This document shows, piece after piece, positions 1-13,680 of a DNA stretch of 64,000 nt. The translations under genes were made by a program, and so were the position numbers. This stretch comes from Camelus ferus. Taxonomy: Eukaryota. How positions within the stretch are numbered: the stretch's first letter is position 1; each line of letters starts with the position of its first letter. The notes under the pieces were generated by a model. That model was not told where the DNA came from. It made no database searches and worked only from the letters and a program-made list of their open reading frames with translations. Location of the stretch: positions 27,840,001 to 27,904,000 of the forward strand of contig NC_045696.1 in the NCBI RefSeq assembly GCF_009834535.1, written 5' to 3'.

Positions 1-54
1 ATATACTATCTTACTAGAAACTTCCTCCTAATGCAGACTTAAAAACTATCCAGG

Positions 55-647
55 AATGTCTCCAAATTTCTATATCTATCCCAGACCCATTTGCTTAGCT
101 TCAGATCCATTTATGCAAACAGCCACTCATTTTCACATAGAGAAATCAAGTTTCAAATCTTATATTATCTCCCTGGTTCTTTACCAACACTCAGACTACC
201 CCTAAGCCTGATTTAGAATATATTATCACCATGTCTTGTAAACTCTACTTCCAAAATATTTCTCAAATCCAACCACTTCTTTCTATTTTCATTCACACAA
301 CCAAGGTTTGAATAATCATAGTTGCCCGCTTGTACTAATGCACTATCCTTCTCAATATTCTGCTCTCAGATCAACTGTGACCTTCAGTATGAGGTTTTTC
401 CTGACCTCTATATTTAAATACAGACCCCCACATCATGAACCATTTTCAATTTCATTTCCCTGCTTTATTTATTTCAATGAAACAATCCCACCAAGGATTG
501 TATATTTTATTTATTAGGACACTTGTTTATTGTCTATATTCCCAATGGAATATGAGTTCATTGAGGTCAATTCCAGTGCCTAGAGCAGCTACCAACAGAT
601 AATAATTGTTCAAATATTACTTGTTGAATAAATAAATATATGAATGA
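55..647 (+). mobile_element. L2 LINE, degraded 3' portion
   Basis: L2-like motifs (ccaaatttctatatctatcccagacc; tctacttccaaaatatttctcaaatcc), ending in the L2 tail ttgttgaataaataaatatatgaatga. Confidence 0.7.
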
Positions 648-2279
648 GAGCTGTTATACCTAAAACTGTAACTCTTCTTCAAAGCTAAGATACTACACTA
701 AGACCAAGCTCCTTGATGTAAATAGGCCTGGCCTAATGAAATTCTGACCAAACCATCAATCTTTTAGGCATCTTCAGGTCTCTTGAAACTTGGAGTAGGA
801 GTAATTTCGATACATGTTGAGACATTGACAGCTCAACCTGTCCCCAGCTTCACCACACAGCACTTGTAAAATTGTATCCATCCATTCATTAACTCATTAA
901 TTTAACATGCTTTTCTGCGTTAATTGGTATTTAAAAAAAAAAGCATCACATAGAATACCTACTCTGAAGTATTATAATCTTTTGAATGTGACAGTTTTTA
1001 TTTAATTTCAGCAGATTAGGTATTAAAATATACCTATATGTACACACACACACATACACATAATAGAAATTTTAAGAAATCATTTAGTAAGACCAAAGTT
1101 GTCACTTACATCCTCCCAAATTACACAAATTTTTCAAAATTATGATAGATCATAAAAAGTTTTGGTGTATTACAAATGTAGTAGTTGAAAAAAAATCATA
1201 CAATTAAAGAATTAATAACATTCCAAAGAGATTTAAAAATATTGGCAGAAAATAGACAGTACTATTTATGCCTTTTCACTAGACTGTTTGAGAAGGGTGC
1301 AGATTTAAAAGCACCGTCCTATTTCACAAACTTTTATCCCTACTTTTGATGTGCAACCTTTTGTGTGATTAAGAAGAATGGATTGTCTGCAGAAAACGGA
1401 TTTACTGTATAAAGCCAAGAAAATTGTATTCTTTCTTTCAGTGATTTCGGGAGCTTTCTTCTAAAACTTTATAAATCCCTTCCTATGTAGTTCAAATAGA
1501 AAAGACTGCCAGATTCTAGTATTTCTTTAGTGTCTGAGTGCCCCATAAACAGAGTGGTTATATATGGCTAATCTTTCAGAGATTATGAGTTATGTGACGA
1601 GAGATAGAGAGAATCCTATGGTCATTATGCAGATGAAACAATCCTCTCTTTTAGCCCCACTTAGCTAAATTCTGACAACACAATTCATACATAGGTGGGA
1701 AATAGGCCCCTGAGAGAACTCATTACACATGTTGCTAAGTTACTAACCAGTTAAAGAAAAACTAGATGAATAAGGAAGATTAAAATGCTTCTATGGTATA
1801 GCTTCTGCAGTCTGCATTTATGAGTCACAGAGCAGCTATTTAAAGTTACTTCAGAAAACTAGACACTTGAGGATGAGAAATGAAGACAAACGAAAGAAGA
1901 CATGAGGCTACTGAGTTACGTTAAACTGGGCAGCTTAAATTCACAGGCACTATTTGTAAAAGTCCTATTCCTTTTTTGTTTCTCTTTATCCTACCTAAAA
2001 TTAGAATAAAATACAGCTTAAACTTTAGGTTTTAGGCTGATGCCACAGAAAGCTAAGAAGCTTTGGTGTTTCATATACATTTTAAGAATGTGAATTGTCT
2101 TTCTATGACCTCCTGATTCTATCCAAGTCTCATACTCACTCTCCCGTAAAAGCTTAAAATTGGGATCATATTATCTATGTTTGGATTTTCCCCCTCAGAC
2201 TTATGTTTTCTATTTTATTTTAGATTTCAATGAATGAATATCAATATAAAAACCTGATACAAGCTTCTGAAAATCCTAC

Positions 2280-2640
2280 TCATTTATCCTTCCAATAAAT
2301 ACTCACTGCACAACATGAGTTGCCATACGTTCCTCCGGGTGTCTTGGTGGAGCAGTGAAAAACACATGAAACAGCTCTGACCTGACAGAACTTACACTGC
2401 AGTGGAGGCAACAGTCATATGCAAGATAAACAAGAAAATGTATAGAATATCAGACAATGGTGAATGTTAACAGGGATGATTTTTTAAGAGAGGAAAGTTT
2501 GGTGATGTAGAAGACAGAGTGAGGAAAATTATCAGAGCATTTCCAGACAGGAAATGGGATCTGGTGTGAAAGGCAGCTTTAAAGAGAAACACAGAGAGTT
2601 TATCTTTGGTACTGGGAGAGACGTTCAATTGTGTTGGCAG
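2280..2640 (-). mobile_element. L2 fragment
   Basis: Antisense L2 3'-region motifs (agcagtgaaaaacac...gacctgacagaacttacactgcagtggagg). Confidence 0.5.
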
Positions 2641-3459
2641 ACGAGTAGGTAGATATGTGGACATGGCGGTGGTGATTTGTTAGAATTTTTTTCCAGTGCT
2701 TTTACATTCTTAGAGGCTAAGGATGGCATGAAGTAATGTAATCTGAAGGGATGAGAAATTTAAAAACTGTCTGGAAGATTGAGAGGATGAATAGATTAAG
2801 GAATTACAACACAAATGCTACATAGCATCAAGGGCCCACCTAAAGTTATTAAAGCACTTTTCTCCTTCATTTATTTCCTACGTTCCTTACTTTGATTATT
2901 TTTTGCACAGTTATGTCACTCTGAAATTATAACAGACACTGATTACCAAGAAAGCATGCAGCTGTCCTCTTGATCAGCACATTGTTCATTACTCCAGAAT
3001 AATGAATAAACAAATGAGAAAAGATAGTGAGACACTCTCATTAAACACGGCGGTGCTGAATTCATCCCAATACACACTTCTATCTTCACAGATACAATTA
3101 GGAACCTGAGTTTCTAAAAGTGTGTTTTATCTCTAGAAGTAAACAAATAAGCATCCCTGCTTTCGCATAACCAGAAACCATGTCCTGTACGTGCAAGTAG
3201 GCGTGTATGTTAAGGATGACACCAAGTAGAAATAAAATTAATCATCACAAGTACTGTCCTGCCCCTGCTCTCATATTATCTTCCCAGCTCACCAAAGCAG
3301 AAGTGATAACTTTCTTCCTTGAATTCCCATAGCATACATGCTCCATGTCACTTGTTAAATATTCTCACCCTCTAGTTTTGTTGGGTAGGTTTCTGTTAAG
3401 TACATTTTAGCTGCTGAACTAGATTTTCAGGTGCCTCAGAGAAGTACAGCACTGAGATC

Positions 3460-3776
3460 AATATCATGTTTCTCTGGAGGTAGACTATCTGGATTTGGAA
3501 CTCTATTCTGGCACTTTCCTGTTTCTTGTGGGTTATAGCATACGCTTACCTTACTTCAGAATTAATACACATGTGTGCAGAGACACCAACCCACATATGC
3601 ACAGAAACCTACCAACCAAATACTGCTGCCTCCTACTTCAGTAATCTTGGGGAAATGATTTAATTCTATAAACTTATTCCTTTGAAAAATGTTCATAATA
3701 GTAGCTCTTAACTCAGAGACTTATTATGAGTATCATAATAAGTAACAAAATTAAAAGGCTTAAAATACTGTCTGGC
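3460..3776 (+). mobile_element. MIR SINE, interrupted by the L1 derivative at 3777; its 3' end resumes at ~5036-5090
   Basis: MIR core-like sequence ending aaaatactgtctggc and continuing after the L1 as aaaacagcgtctggaatgtagccagccctcaaaaaatgg. Confidence 0.6.
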
Positions 3777-5035
3777 AGACTGGTGGATTAAGATGGCAAA
3801 GTAGGAAAATCCTGAGCTCTTCTCCCATGGACACACGAAAACTACAGCTATGGATAGAATAACATCTCTGAGAACGACCTGAAGACTAGCAGAATATTTC
3901 TACATGTTCTACAACTTGTTTCAAGGATATAAAGAAAAAGTGACACCAAGATGAGTAAGATGGGCAGAGATGCAGTCTAGACAGACCCCATACCCATAAC
4001 TCTGGTTATAAAGAAGGGATTCCCCATAAGACAATCCATTGATTTTACAGCAGAAACACTACTGGCCACAAGGGCCTGGCATGAAATATCCAAAGTGCTG
4101 AGAGGAGAAAAAAAAAACCAACAACAACAAACTTAAAACCAAAAGTACTCTACCCAGCAAGGTTGTCATTCAGAATTGAAGGAGAAATAGAGTTTTCCAG
4201 ACAAGCAAAACCTAAAGGAGCTCATCACCACTAAAGTGGCCTTACAAGAAATGTTAGAGAGACTTCTTTCAATGGAAAGGGAAAGGCTGTACTGGAGATA
4301 AGGAAGTTATGAAAGAAGATCTCACTTGTAAATCGAACATATAGCGAAGGCAGTGGTTCAGCCACCTACAAAGCTAGTCTGCAGGTTAAAAAAACTAGTA
4401 AAATCAATTATATTTGCTAATCAATACATAAAATAAAGGGGTGCAAAATATCATGTGAAAACCATAAAATGTGGGGTAGGGGAGGGGGTAAAAATGTAGT
4501 GATAATAGAATCAGCCATCAACTTAAAATAGGTGCTATTACATAGTTTTTTTTATACACAAACATCATATAAACCACAAACCAAAAACCTATAACAGATA
4601 CGCAAAAAATAAAGAGAAAGGGATAAAAATACAACACTAACGAAAGTCATCCAGTCACAAGGGAAGAGAACAAGAGAAGAAGAAAGAAACAGAAGAACTA
4701 CAAAACAAGAAAACAGTGAATGAAATGGCAGTAAGTACATACCCATCAATAACTAAATGTTAATTTAATTTAAACTAAATTAAAATTAATTAAATTAAAC
4801 ATTAATTTAAAATCTTGAGTAACTAGATGGAACAAAAAACAAGACCCATATATAAGTAAGTCATGGGGATGTAACATACAACACAGGGAATGTAGTCAGA
4901 AATATTGTAAATGGTGACAGATGGTTACTAAACTTATTGTAGTGAGCAGTTTGCATGTTGAATCACTATATTGTACATGTGAAGCCAATATAACATTGTA
5001 TGTCAAATATACTTCAATAAAAATATGAAAAAGGA
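3777..5035 (+). mobile_element. Internally deleted L1 / HAL1-like element: 5' UTR start, ORF1 C-terminus, spacer, first codons of ORF2, 3' UTR
   Basis: 5' start aagatggcaaagtagg; ORF1 C-terminal homology at ~4000-4285 (ctctacccagcaaggttgtcattcagaattgaaggagaaat); ORF2 ATG at 4725 (MAVSTYPSIT, then remnant KQDPYI); jump at ~4854 to the 3' UTR ending cttcaataaaaa; degenerate TSD 3762-3776 vs 5036-5049. Confidence 0.8.
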
Positions 5036-6011
5036 AAAACAGCGTCTGGAATGTAGCCAGCCCTCAAAAAATGGAAGTAATTTTATTTTTTACTATACAT
5101 CTTCATGTTCATTTTTTAGAGACATTGTCCACAGTGGTCAAATGTTGACTGATGACTGGTTACAAGGAAATTTGAAAGAAAAAAAAATTGCCAAAACTAT
5201 AACAATTATATATATATATATATTAAACCAAAAACATTCTCAAAATCTGTTTATCATACATGCTTTTAAATGCATCCCCACCACTCCTTCCTTCTTTTTT
5301 TCCTGTCCTCTCTTTCTTTCAGTTATGATAAATTGAATGGTTTTTTGGGGGTTATTTTGTATTCTCTCTTTTGTAGAGCTATCTCTGCTCGTAGTGAATT
5401 TATGTAAATACCTTATGAAGTTCTGAAAAGGGAAAATAATGAGTTTATAACCCAGTCAACTTCCCCTAGACATTTCACAGAGTTGTGGAAAGATGGTATT
5501 TAGAGTTTTACGGGCCCTCAAGTGTGTGGGAAGGAAGGTGTTAGTTATATACTGTTTGCATAAAACGGTCAAATTGGCTAAATAGTAATAAGCAGGACCA
5601 ACTGTTTGAGAAAATCAGTCCAAGAAAAATACAGCATAGAAAGAAAATGAAGTAAATGAAGGGGAGTAATGGGTTTCATGTATTGACATCACTGAAGTAA
5701 TTCCTCTCTAAATACGACCTACTATACACTTACTAGTTGTTACTCTCCTGTAGTTAGAATTAATAAAACTTTGTATTTAGAGGAATGTTATCTATTTTTT
5801 TTCTTTTCTAGGCATTGTGAGAGAGAATATGCAAGAAACTTGCAATTCTTGCATGAAACTAATTACCTGCAGAAATTTATAATTTATACAATAAGATAAA
5901 ATTATATAGATTTTATAACAATTTAAAAAACTGTAGTTCCATTTCAAATGTCCGTTAAAATTTGGAAATACTTAAAAATTTCCCCTTATACTGTGCAACT
6001 GTGTATATTTG

Positions 6012-6125
6012 CTCTCTCTCTCTCTTGCTATCTCCTTATATGTATATATATATATACATATATGTACATATGTGTATGTTATATATATAAACATGGATAT
6101 GTTTATACTTGTATATATGTATGCC
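6012..6125. repeat. Compound (CT)n / (TA)n / (TATG)-like microsatellite
   Basis: Seen directly. Confidence 0.9.
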
Positions 6126-6737
6126 CATATTATGTAGGCACATGATTTTGATTGATCATACTTTGCTTTCCTGAACACCATGATTAGTTTAATTTACAGG
6201 CTTAGGATCTAATTAGGCCAACTGTATTCTCCCAAAGAATTTTCCAAGTCAGCAAAGTAGAATAATAGTGCTCTTTTACTATGTGTTACAAGCTGTAAAG
6301 TTACAGACATGAAGAAATGAGGAAAACATTTAGAAGCACTGGCTCAAGAGTGATCAGGAGACAGGCGCTGGTTTCGCACTTGAGCAGACATGCAGGTAGT
6401 GAAGACGAGAAAGAGGAAGCTAGAGGAAGAGCTGCAAGCAGAGTGTGCAGGCCCTAAGGATGAGCTTTTACCTCCTTGCTCACCCTGTGTGTGAGATCTG
6501 CTCTTGATCTTTCCAGGTGCCTGCGTCTTGGTTAAGTGAGGACCCGATGTGCATATTTCTTGCCCTTGATTGACAAAGCTTCAGTGAAGTGTCAGCCATT
6601 TCCAACTAAAACTATTCTAATATCTTATTCAGTTAATTCTTTGATGAGGTGACATACCTACTCAAGTTACAAATCCCCAAAAAAGTAATCAACTTCCAAC
6701 AGAACAATGAGTCTTGAAATAGAACTTTCATTTATAA

Positions 6738-6860
6738 ATATATATATGTGTGTGTGTGTGTATATATATATATATAGTTCTTCTATTGTGCTAGTAATGT
6801 ATTTCATTGTTTTATCTATAGTCATTATACACGCACACACACACACAAACACACACAAAC
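6738..6860. repeat. (TA)n(TG)n(TA)n microsatellite and a nearby (CA)n tract
   Basis: Seen directly at 6738-6776 and 6828-6860. Confidence 0.9.
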
Positions 6861-6929
6861 ATGTATAAATAACGCCTCTTCCTAGTTTAAGGGAATTCTT
6901 TTGACTGACTTCTTTTGAAAAATTCTAAG

Positions 6930-7150
6930 CCATAGAGCCACAAATGTGAATTACATACGTGTTTTTAAATTTTCTAGTGGCCACATTTAAGAGAGAAATA
7001 AAAAATAGATAAAATTAATTTTAATACACAAACATACAAAATATGATCATTTCAAGATAAAATCAATATAAAATTGTATGTCTTTGAAAAACCAGTGTGC
7101 ACATCCACAGCACACGTAGCAGGTGGCTATCACACTGGGCAGCACAAGTC
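6930..7150 (+). mobile_element. MER33-like hAT-Charlie MITE, internally deleted
   Basis: taaattttctagtggccacatt, aaattaattttaata and end gtggctatcacactgggcagcac resemble the MER33 consensus. Confidence 0.7.
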
Positions 7151-7737
7151 TGAACTAATTTGTGGCTTAATTCTGCTCTGCCTAACAATATTGATCAACA
7201 TATTTTCTTGGAAATAAAGGAAAACTTTATCTAAAAACAGCTTTGGAATACATCTGAAAATCTTAATTGTTCAATTGAAAGTACAGATTTAACAGAGTAT
7301 CTGGGCTTAAAAGCAGGTTCCACATTTATTAAGTCCGTCCAACTAGTAAGCTTCTTGGATACTGCTGAGAAATAATTGGACATAATTAGTGAATTAAATA
7401 ACTTAAGGGCAAAATAAATATTTCCCTAATGTTTGTTTTTACTTAAAAATAAAGTGAAAGCTGTGTCTAAGAGTGGATGTGAAAGTAGTTGTAAAAAATG
7501 GAGCTGCTGCTTCATGGGAAAATATGCAAAACAGCTTAAATGTATTAAATGCTAACACCCTAAAATTAAATGCTGAGATTTCCTGTTTCTGTTTTTATAA
7601 TTATGGCAGACATTGAACTTGGAGTACAGTGAAAAGAAAAACAAATGCCGACCGTAACATTTGTTGTGTAAGTACTTGAATAAAGAGTTAAGAAGAGTTT
7701 CACTTGTTGAAGTTTGATAAAGTTCTCCATGCAGAAT

Positions 7738-7865
7738 TCTCAATTCTCCCAACAACTCTATAAAGTAGCTATTGTTATTCTATTATTTACTTATGACAAA
7801 CTGAGTCTTAGGATATTAAGTAACTTGTTAAATATCAAGAACTGGTAAGATATATAACCAGGGTA
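7738..7865 (-). mobile_element. MIR fragment
   Basis: aacaactctataaagtag...atgacaaactgagtcttagga...taagtaacttg. Confidence 0.6.
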
Positions 7866-8139
7866 GACCCTTCATATATTTTCTAACTTTGGAATAATTT
7901 CATGGAAAGATATATGTAATGTTTTCAGTAATACGTTATTATGTTAATATATCTTTAGTATAATTTATATTAATATATATTTAATATATTAAATAGAAGG
8001 TTCTAATTTGGGCTACTTAAACTGAGAAGATTAAACTATTGTTTATTTTCTTACTTCAGGGTGTATGTACAGAAATTTCAAATGAATTGGTAAGGAAATT
8101 TCAAATAAATCTGAGATAAGAAAATTACATTTAATCTTA

Positions 8140-8310
8140 GACGCTTTGACACACTTGTTTCTATTTAATCATTAAAATAACGGAGCAAGATTGATAGTAT
8201 CATTCTTGCTTTACAGATGAGGAAACTGAGGCTTAGAAAGGTTCCTGCTCATAGTGGCAAACTGAGATTTTACCATGTCTGCCTGGCTATATTTCTGTGT
8301 TCTTCCATGA
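8140..8310 (-). mobile_element. MIR fragment
   Basis: Core tttacagatgaggaaactgaggcttagaaagg. Confidence 0.7.
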
Positions 8311-8589
8311 TACCATCATCCTAAGATGAGGGAAGTTTTAAATGTAAGACATTTAAGAAAATTGTGTGTAATGGGGTGAAAGGAGAGGCAATGTAGTGTT
8401 TTTGTTTTCTAAGAGTCATTTTGAATCTTATTCAGGATCATAATAGCATGTTTCCAAATAAGGAATATAAAGTTAGATACATGGTGCACTTTTCTATTTT
8501 AGGTGTTTTAAATACTACAATACCTCAAAGTATAAATATTCATCATGCTAAAAAATAAAAAATTGCTTTCTGTCATAATTCTTTCATAT

Positions 8590-8725
8590 ATTCAATTCAT
8601 TATTATTGTTAAATATTTTTGAAGTCTATTATGTGTCAGACACTTTTCTAGGTACTGGAGTTATGATATTTATCACACAATAAAGTACTGCCCCTGATAA
8701 AACTTTTGTTCTATAGATAAACAAT
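8590..8725 (-). mobile_element. L2 3' end
   Basis: attcaattcatt...aaatatttttgaagtctattatgtgtcagacacttttctaggtactggag. Confidence 0.6.
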
Positions 8726-9191
8726 GCACAGTAGGATTTTGATGACTGTCAACTCTAGGCAAAATTGGTCATATGATCATCCTTATGAAATTTAAGCTAC
8801 ATTGCTGAATTGCTTAAATTTGCTACTTCATACATATTTGAGACTTTGAATCTGAGAACTCAAATTCTCTATGCAAAAACTATTAAAGGTATAAAGGTAG
8901 ATAAAGGTGTTAATTAAGCTAAAGTATTACCCTTCGATAAAATATGTGACTACCTGTTAAATTCTAGCCTCTGAAGCAAGGATGTATAGAATCTTTCCCT
9001 TTGCCAATTGCAGATGTAAAATAAATACTGCCCATCTCCATCCTTATGTCCCAGGTCACTTTGTAAGGTTAATTGAAATGCATATTAAATAAATGCAGCA
9101 CCCCACTCCCTTTCTGAGTTTAGAATTGACTAAAACTGTAAAATATTGCTGATGTGTTTTGCTAGAGGTATATTTACATTTGGAAATCTTT

Positions 9192-9333
9192 TTTTTTTTT
9201 TTTAAGGTTTTTTTTTTTGAAGGGGAGGTAATTAGGTTTACTTATTTATTTTTAGAGGAGGTACCGGGGATTGAACCCAGGACCTTCTGCATGCTAAGCA
9301 TGCATTCTACCTCTTGAGCTATACCCTCCCCCC
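9192..9333 (-). mobile_element. Camelid tRNA-Ala-derived SINE (Vic-1 type), full length
   Basis: Minus strand ggggagggtatagctcaagaggtagaatgcatgcttagcatgc...gggttcaatccccggtacctcc, aaataa...cctaattacctcccc tail and A-tail; TSD ttggaaa(t/g)cttt at 9180-9191 and 9334-9345. Confidence 0.9.
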
Positions 9334-9973
9334 TTGGAAAGCTTTTACCCATACTTTTTCCCATGAGTTTAGATTCTCTTTTAAATATCTAAATGATCTA
9401 TAATAATAGTAGCTAACAGATAATGAACACTTATTCTGTACCAGGCACTGTTTCAAGTATTTTATACATACTATCTTTTGTGCTCCCATTGACTTTCTTT
9501 TATATGTGATAGAATCAATATTTTATTTAGAGAATTATTTTATTTATGTGCAGTAGGATATTATAATATGTATACACATATCATTCAGAGAGCACCCAAT
9601 ATGTATGGGTTCCTTTCACTACACTCATTTATTAAAGTTGCAGACTGCAATTCAGCAAGAACTGCAAGAGGGGGCGGTCTGAAGTTTCCTCCCTTGAAAG
9701 CAAAACACAATTATTACAGCCTAGAATGATATGAACTCCATTGTAAGCAATTTTGGAGGCAAAGAAAATTCCATTTTAGCTTAAACTGCACTTTTGCAGT
9801 ACTGCTTCCTGTTTCATACATGGATCAAAGCAAAGAAAGGAGAGGGGCTGGATATTTGGGATGCTCTCCTTAATAGGCACAAGTCCATATTCATAAATAA
9901 ACACAAACCAAATCCATAGTTTGGGTATAATATGATATACTGACTATATACCTCATTACTCATTCTCTTACGT

Positions 9974-10143
9974 CTGTGGTTTCAAACTTCAGTAGACATC
10001 AGAATCACTTGACTTTTGAGTCTAAACTTCAGTTTCTAATTCAGTATGATGACTTCAGGGTCCAAACATCTGCACTTTTTTTAAAGTTTCGTGATGCTAC
10101 TAATGCTGCTGCTGGTCCAGGAACCACAATCTAAGAACCACTG
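9974..10143. mobile_element. MER5A-like hAT MITE
   Basis: ctgtggtttcaaactt...catcagaatcac...gctgctggtccaggaaccacaatctaagaaccactg with terminal inverted repeat remnants. Confidence 0.75.
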
Positions 10144-12034
10144 ATTTAGATAATGTGCATAAAATTTGGATTAATAGCTGTCGGGGCTGTGGCTTACTTG
10201 AACAATATATGCTATCAATCTGACTTAACCCAGGTACTCAGGCAGTCTCTGTACAGGCCACATGAATACAAAGTATCGCATCAGAAGCTGGGGTAAAGCA
10301 AATGATGTGGCAGTCTTCTTCCTGAAAAAGCCCTCAGGTTTAAGGAGGCCACAAATTCCTTTTTGAAGAATTAAATGGAGAATAGACATAAACCAAAAAT
10401 GAAAACCAGCGAGTATAAATTGGTGTGTTAAATTCAGTGAAAATACTGAGGATCATGGCAGCATAAATGAGAGACAACCAGCCCACTCTGGGAGGTCCAG
10501 GGAGGTGTAAGAAGGACAGGATGCTTGAAATGAGTCTGGGAGATTGTAGGATAAGTGGGCATCACATGAGCTGGAAAAAAGGGCATCTACCTTAGTACTG
10601 TTCCTGGTGAGAGCCTGCACTTGCTACCAAAGAAAACAAGGCCAGAAAGTGTAAATGGGTTTATTACAAAAGCCATTCCCATCACTGCAAAATACAGTTC
10701 AAAGCCTATTCCTTATTTACTGATGGTGGGCTGTTAACAGTGAACATTTAGTCCTTTATGGTCCATTTGCCATCAGATTTCTCTGAGCACTATGTATCTT
10801 TTTTATTCACATCCCTTCAGATAAGGGTTCCCATACAGATACTCTCGAAATCTTTCATGAGTGAAGAAATGATAGGAAGGATAGGGAAAATTACACCATT
10901 TAAGACAATTCTTGTTTTATAATGTTCCTAAAGCAAAAACAATTATACGTGCATTTCAAACTTGCATTAGTTTCTCTTTCTTTTAAACAGATTAAAATTG
11001 TGGTAAGTGAGATGTGTAGGAAAAATTTGGGTCACTCTGCTTTAGGTTACCTGTCAGTTGTAATTTCAGAAGTCTAATGTGCAGATTTCTAAAGTCCTAC
11101 TAATTAAAAGAATATCCAGATTATCTAAAGCACTAGCATGCTTTAAACTCTGGTGATTTTAAAGTGGTGTAGCTTTCCATTATTTTTTTGAGGTGGGATA
11201 TCTGTTCTAATTTCCAATTAAAATGATCAATTAAACGTATCATTTGTTTATTAAGCATTCATTTCCACAGAAAACTGTCTATGCATGCATCTGTCCATGA
11301 GTACATTTACTAATTGTGTCATCAATTCTAAAGTCAAAGCACAAATGAGACTGCCAAACACCATTTACAAAGAATGGCTCCGTCATATCATCCTAACAGT
11401 AGATTCTGCTAATGGCAATCGATACAGCCCTGACCTATATTTTGGGGTTTATAGATTGCTGTATCTTTTGATATGGAATAGAAATCAGAATTCTTTCTTT
11501 GTAACTGTGTTTGGAATCAACTGGTAGAAGATGTCTGCTTTCTTCTGTTAGGAAAGCCCAGGTAAACTGCATCAGCCAGCCAGTGTTGCCTAGCAGAGGT
11601 AGTTCAGTTTCCAGATCATGCATTTTTCTTAACTGAGTGGTACAGATGTATGCCCTGGTAGTGTTAATCTGTTTGTTGCTTTAGTAAATCCTCAGACATT
11701 TGCCCAACTACCATAATTCTTCTGGGAAGAAAAGTTCTTACAAAAACTGCACAAGTGTAACAAGGGCAGTGCCTTAAAAGAAATGATTTTTTTTTAAACT
11801 GTGAAATTCTAACAGATGCTGCCTAGACAGTTGGGCCAATGAAGAACCCAATAAAGGGTATTTGGATGGGAAAACTGGACTAAATGCCGGGACACCTGTG
11901 CCCTCCACTTCCTGGCCTCACACTGGTGTCGAGATTTAGGTAAACAATTTTGACATTTCTCGCCTCTGATAATGCCTATCTTAGAACCTCACAGAAATTA
12001 CTGTGGAGACTTTTGTAATGGAAAAGGTTCCATA

Positions 12035-12760
12035 GTTCAGTTCAATGTATATTTATGTTGCACCTGCCATCTTCTGGGAACTGGAAAGTCCACATCAAAT
12101 CAAACAGACGGCTCTTGCTGTAATGGAGATGGGTAGACAACTCTTACAGAGTGGATAAACAAAAAAACAAATCCTCAATTTATAAAGAAAATGACTGCAG
12201 AAAGTGACTAACACCGTGAGATCGGAAAACCACGGAACATGTGAGCAGGCAATGAGGGGGTCGGGAGGTAGCTACTTCAGACGCTTGGTGGGGGGTGGGG
12301 GGTGCAGAACCTCTCTGAGGAGAGACACTAAATTTGAAACCTGAATGATGAGCCTTCTGGGGGAAAGTTTCCCATCAGGGAGGACAAATACTTAAGCCTC
12401 CCAGTAGGTTCTGAGTGCTAGAAAGACAGCAAGATCGCCACATAGAGTCTAGTAAACACGAGGGAGAGGAGTATCAGGTAAGGCGGGAATGGAAGTCAGG
12501 GTCACGTGCATGCAGCACCTTGCAGCCCAAGTTCAAATGTGTGAATTTCAACTTTTGTCCAATGGGAAACTGCAGAGGGTTTGAAGCAAAGAGTTAGCTA
12601 TTTCAATTTATGCTTTTGAACAGATTAAACTAGGCTTCCAAGCAGAAAATGACCCTCAGGGAGACAAGAGTACAGAGAGGGAGATAGGAAAGCCTGACAG
12701 CCCTCAGGGTGAGAGCTGATGGCGGCTTCAGTAAGTGTGGTCGCAGTGAAGAGGGTAAGA
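12035..12760 (-). mobile_element. L2 fragment
   Basis: Antisense L2 motifs (ctctctgaggag...tttgaaacctgaatgatgagcc; aatgggaaactgcagagggttt; aatttatgcttttgaacagatt). Confidence 0.65.
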
Positions 12761-13469
12761 ACTCGACACCATCCAATTAGTATTATTTTCTGATTTGTAC
12801 AAAAGTGTTTTGTACTTGAATGTACAGCATTGGGCATTACAATATTTTAAACTTTCTCTAGGCCCAAAGGCCCTTCCATTCAAATCTTTGGAATACTACT
12901 TAAGTATCTTGGCTTGGTAAATCCAACAGAGTGCCTCAAATGATCTCATGCAGTATCCCTACACGTTACTTTATTTCATCTCCCACCCCTCAAAGGGAAA
13001 AAAAAAGAAAAGACAAGTGTCACTACATTTTGGAGAAGGTAAGAGGAATCATGGTAATATGTAAAACTTTTTCTAAAAAGGTAAACAATATCCTCTCACT
13101 GTCAAAGAGTATCTTCTGGTTTAAAAATAATATACAGATATTGACATAATGGAAAGGAATTTGAAGGCGTTTCTAATGTTTAAAAATGTAAGCACAATGT
13201 AATATTAAGAAATAACTGTGTGAGGTAACCTAAGAAGGAAAATCAACCTGAATTGTCAGATACATCCAGGGCTCTCTTGATAGATACAGTGGACAATTAT
13301 TCTTTTTCATGGAGAACAAAGATTGTTTATTTAAAGTTTTTTAAAACAAGGTAGGTTTTAGTTGTCCTTTTTGGATTATTGTTTGATTTTGTGATTCTCG
13401 GAAACTATATATGAACCTACCTCTCAAAGACAAATACTACATAATGATTCTAATGGGGGTGTTATGACT

Positions 13470-13680
13470 TCAGGGTGGTAATGTCTCTGGGGTCAAACTT
13501 CTTGGGTTCAAATTGCAGCTCTGCCACTTAGCACCTGTGTGACTACTAGCAAGTCACTTAACCTCTCTGAGCCTTTCTTTCTTCCTCAGGAAAAAGGGGC
13601 ATTACGATACTCAAATGAGTTCATTTATGTACAGCACTTCATTAGCATTAAGAAACTAAAAACTGTTAATATTTACATTA
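13470..13680 (+). mobile_element. MIR SINE
   Basis: tgggttcaaattgcagctctgccacttagcacctgtgtgac...gcaagtcacttaacctctctgagcct. Confidence 0.85.
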
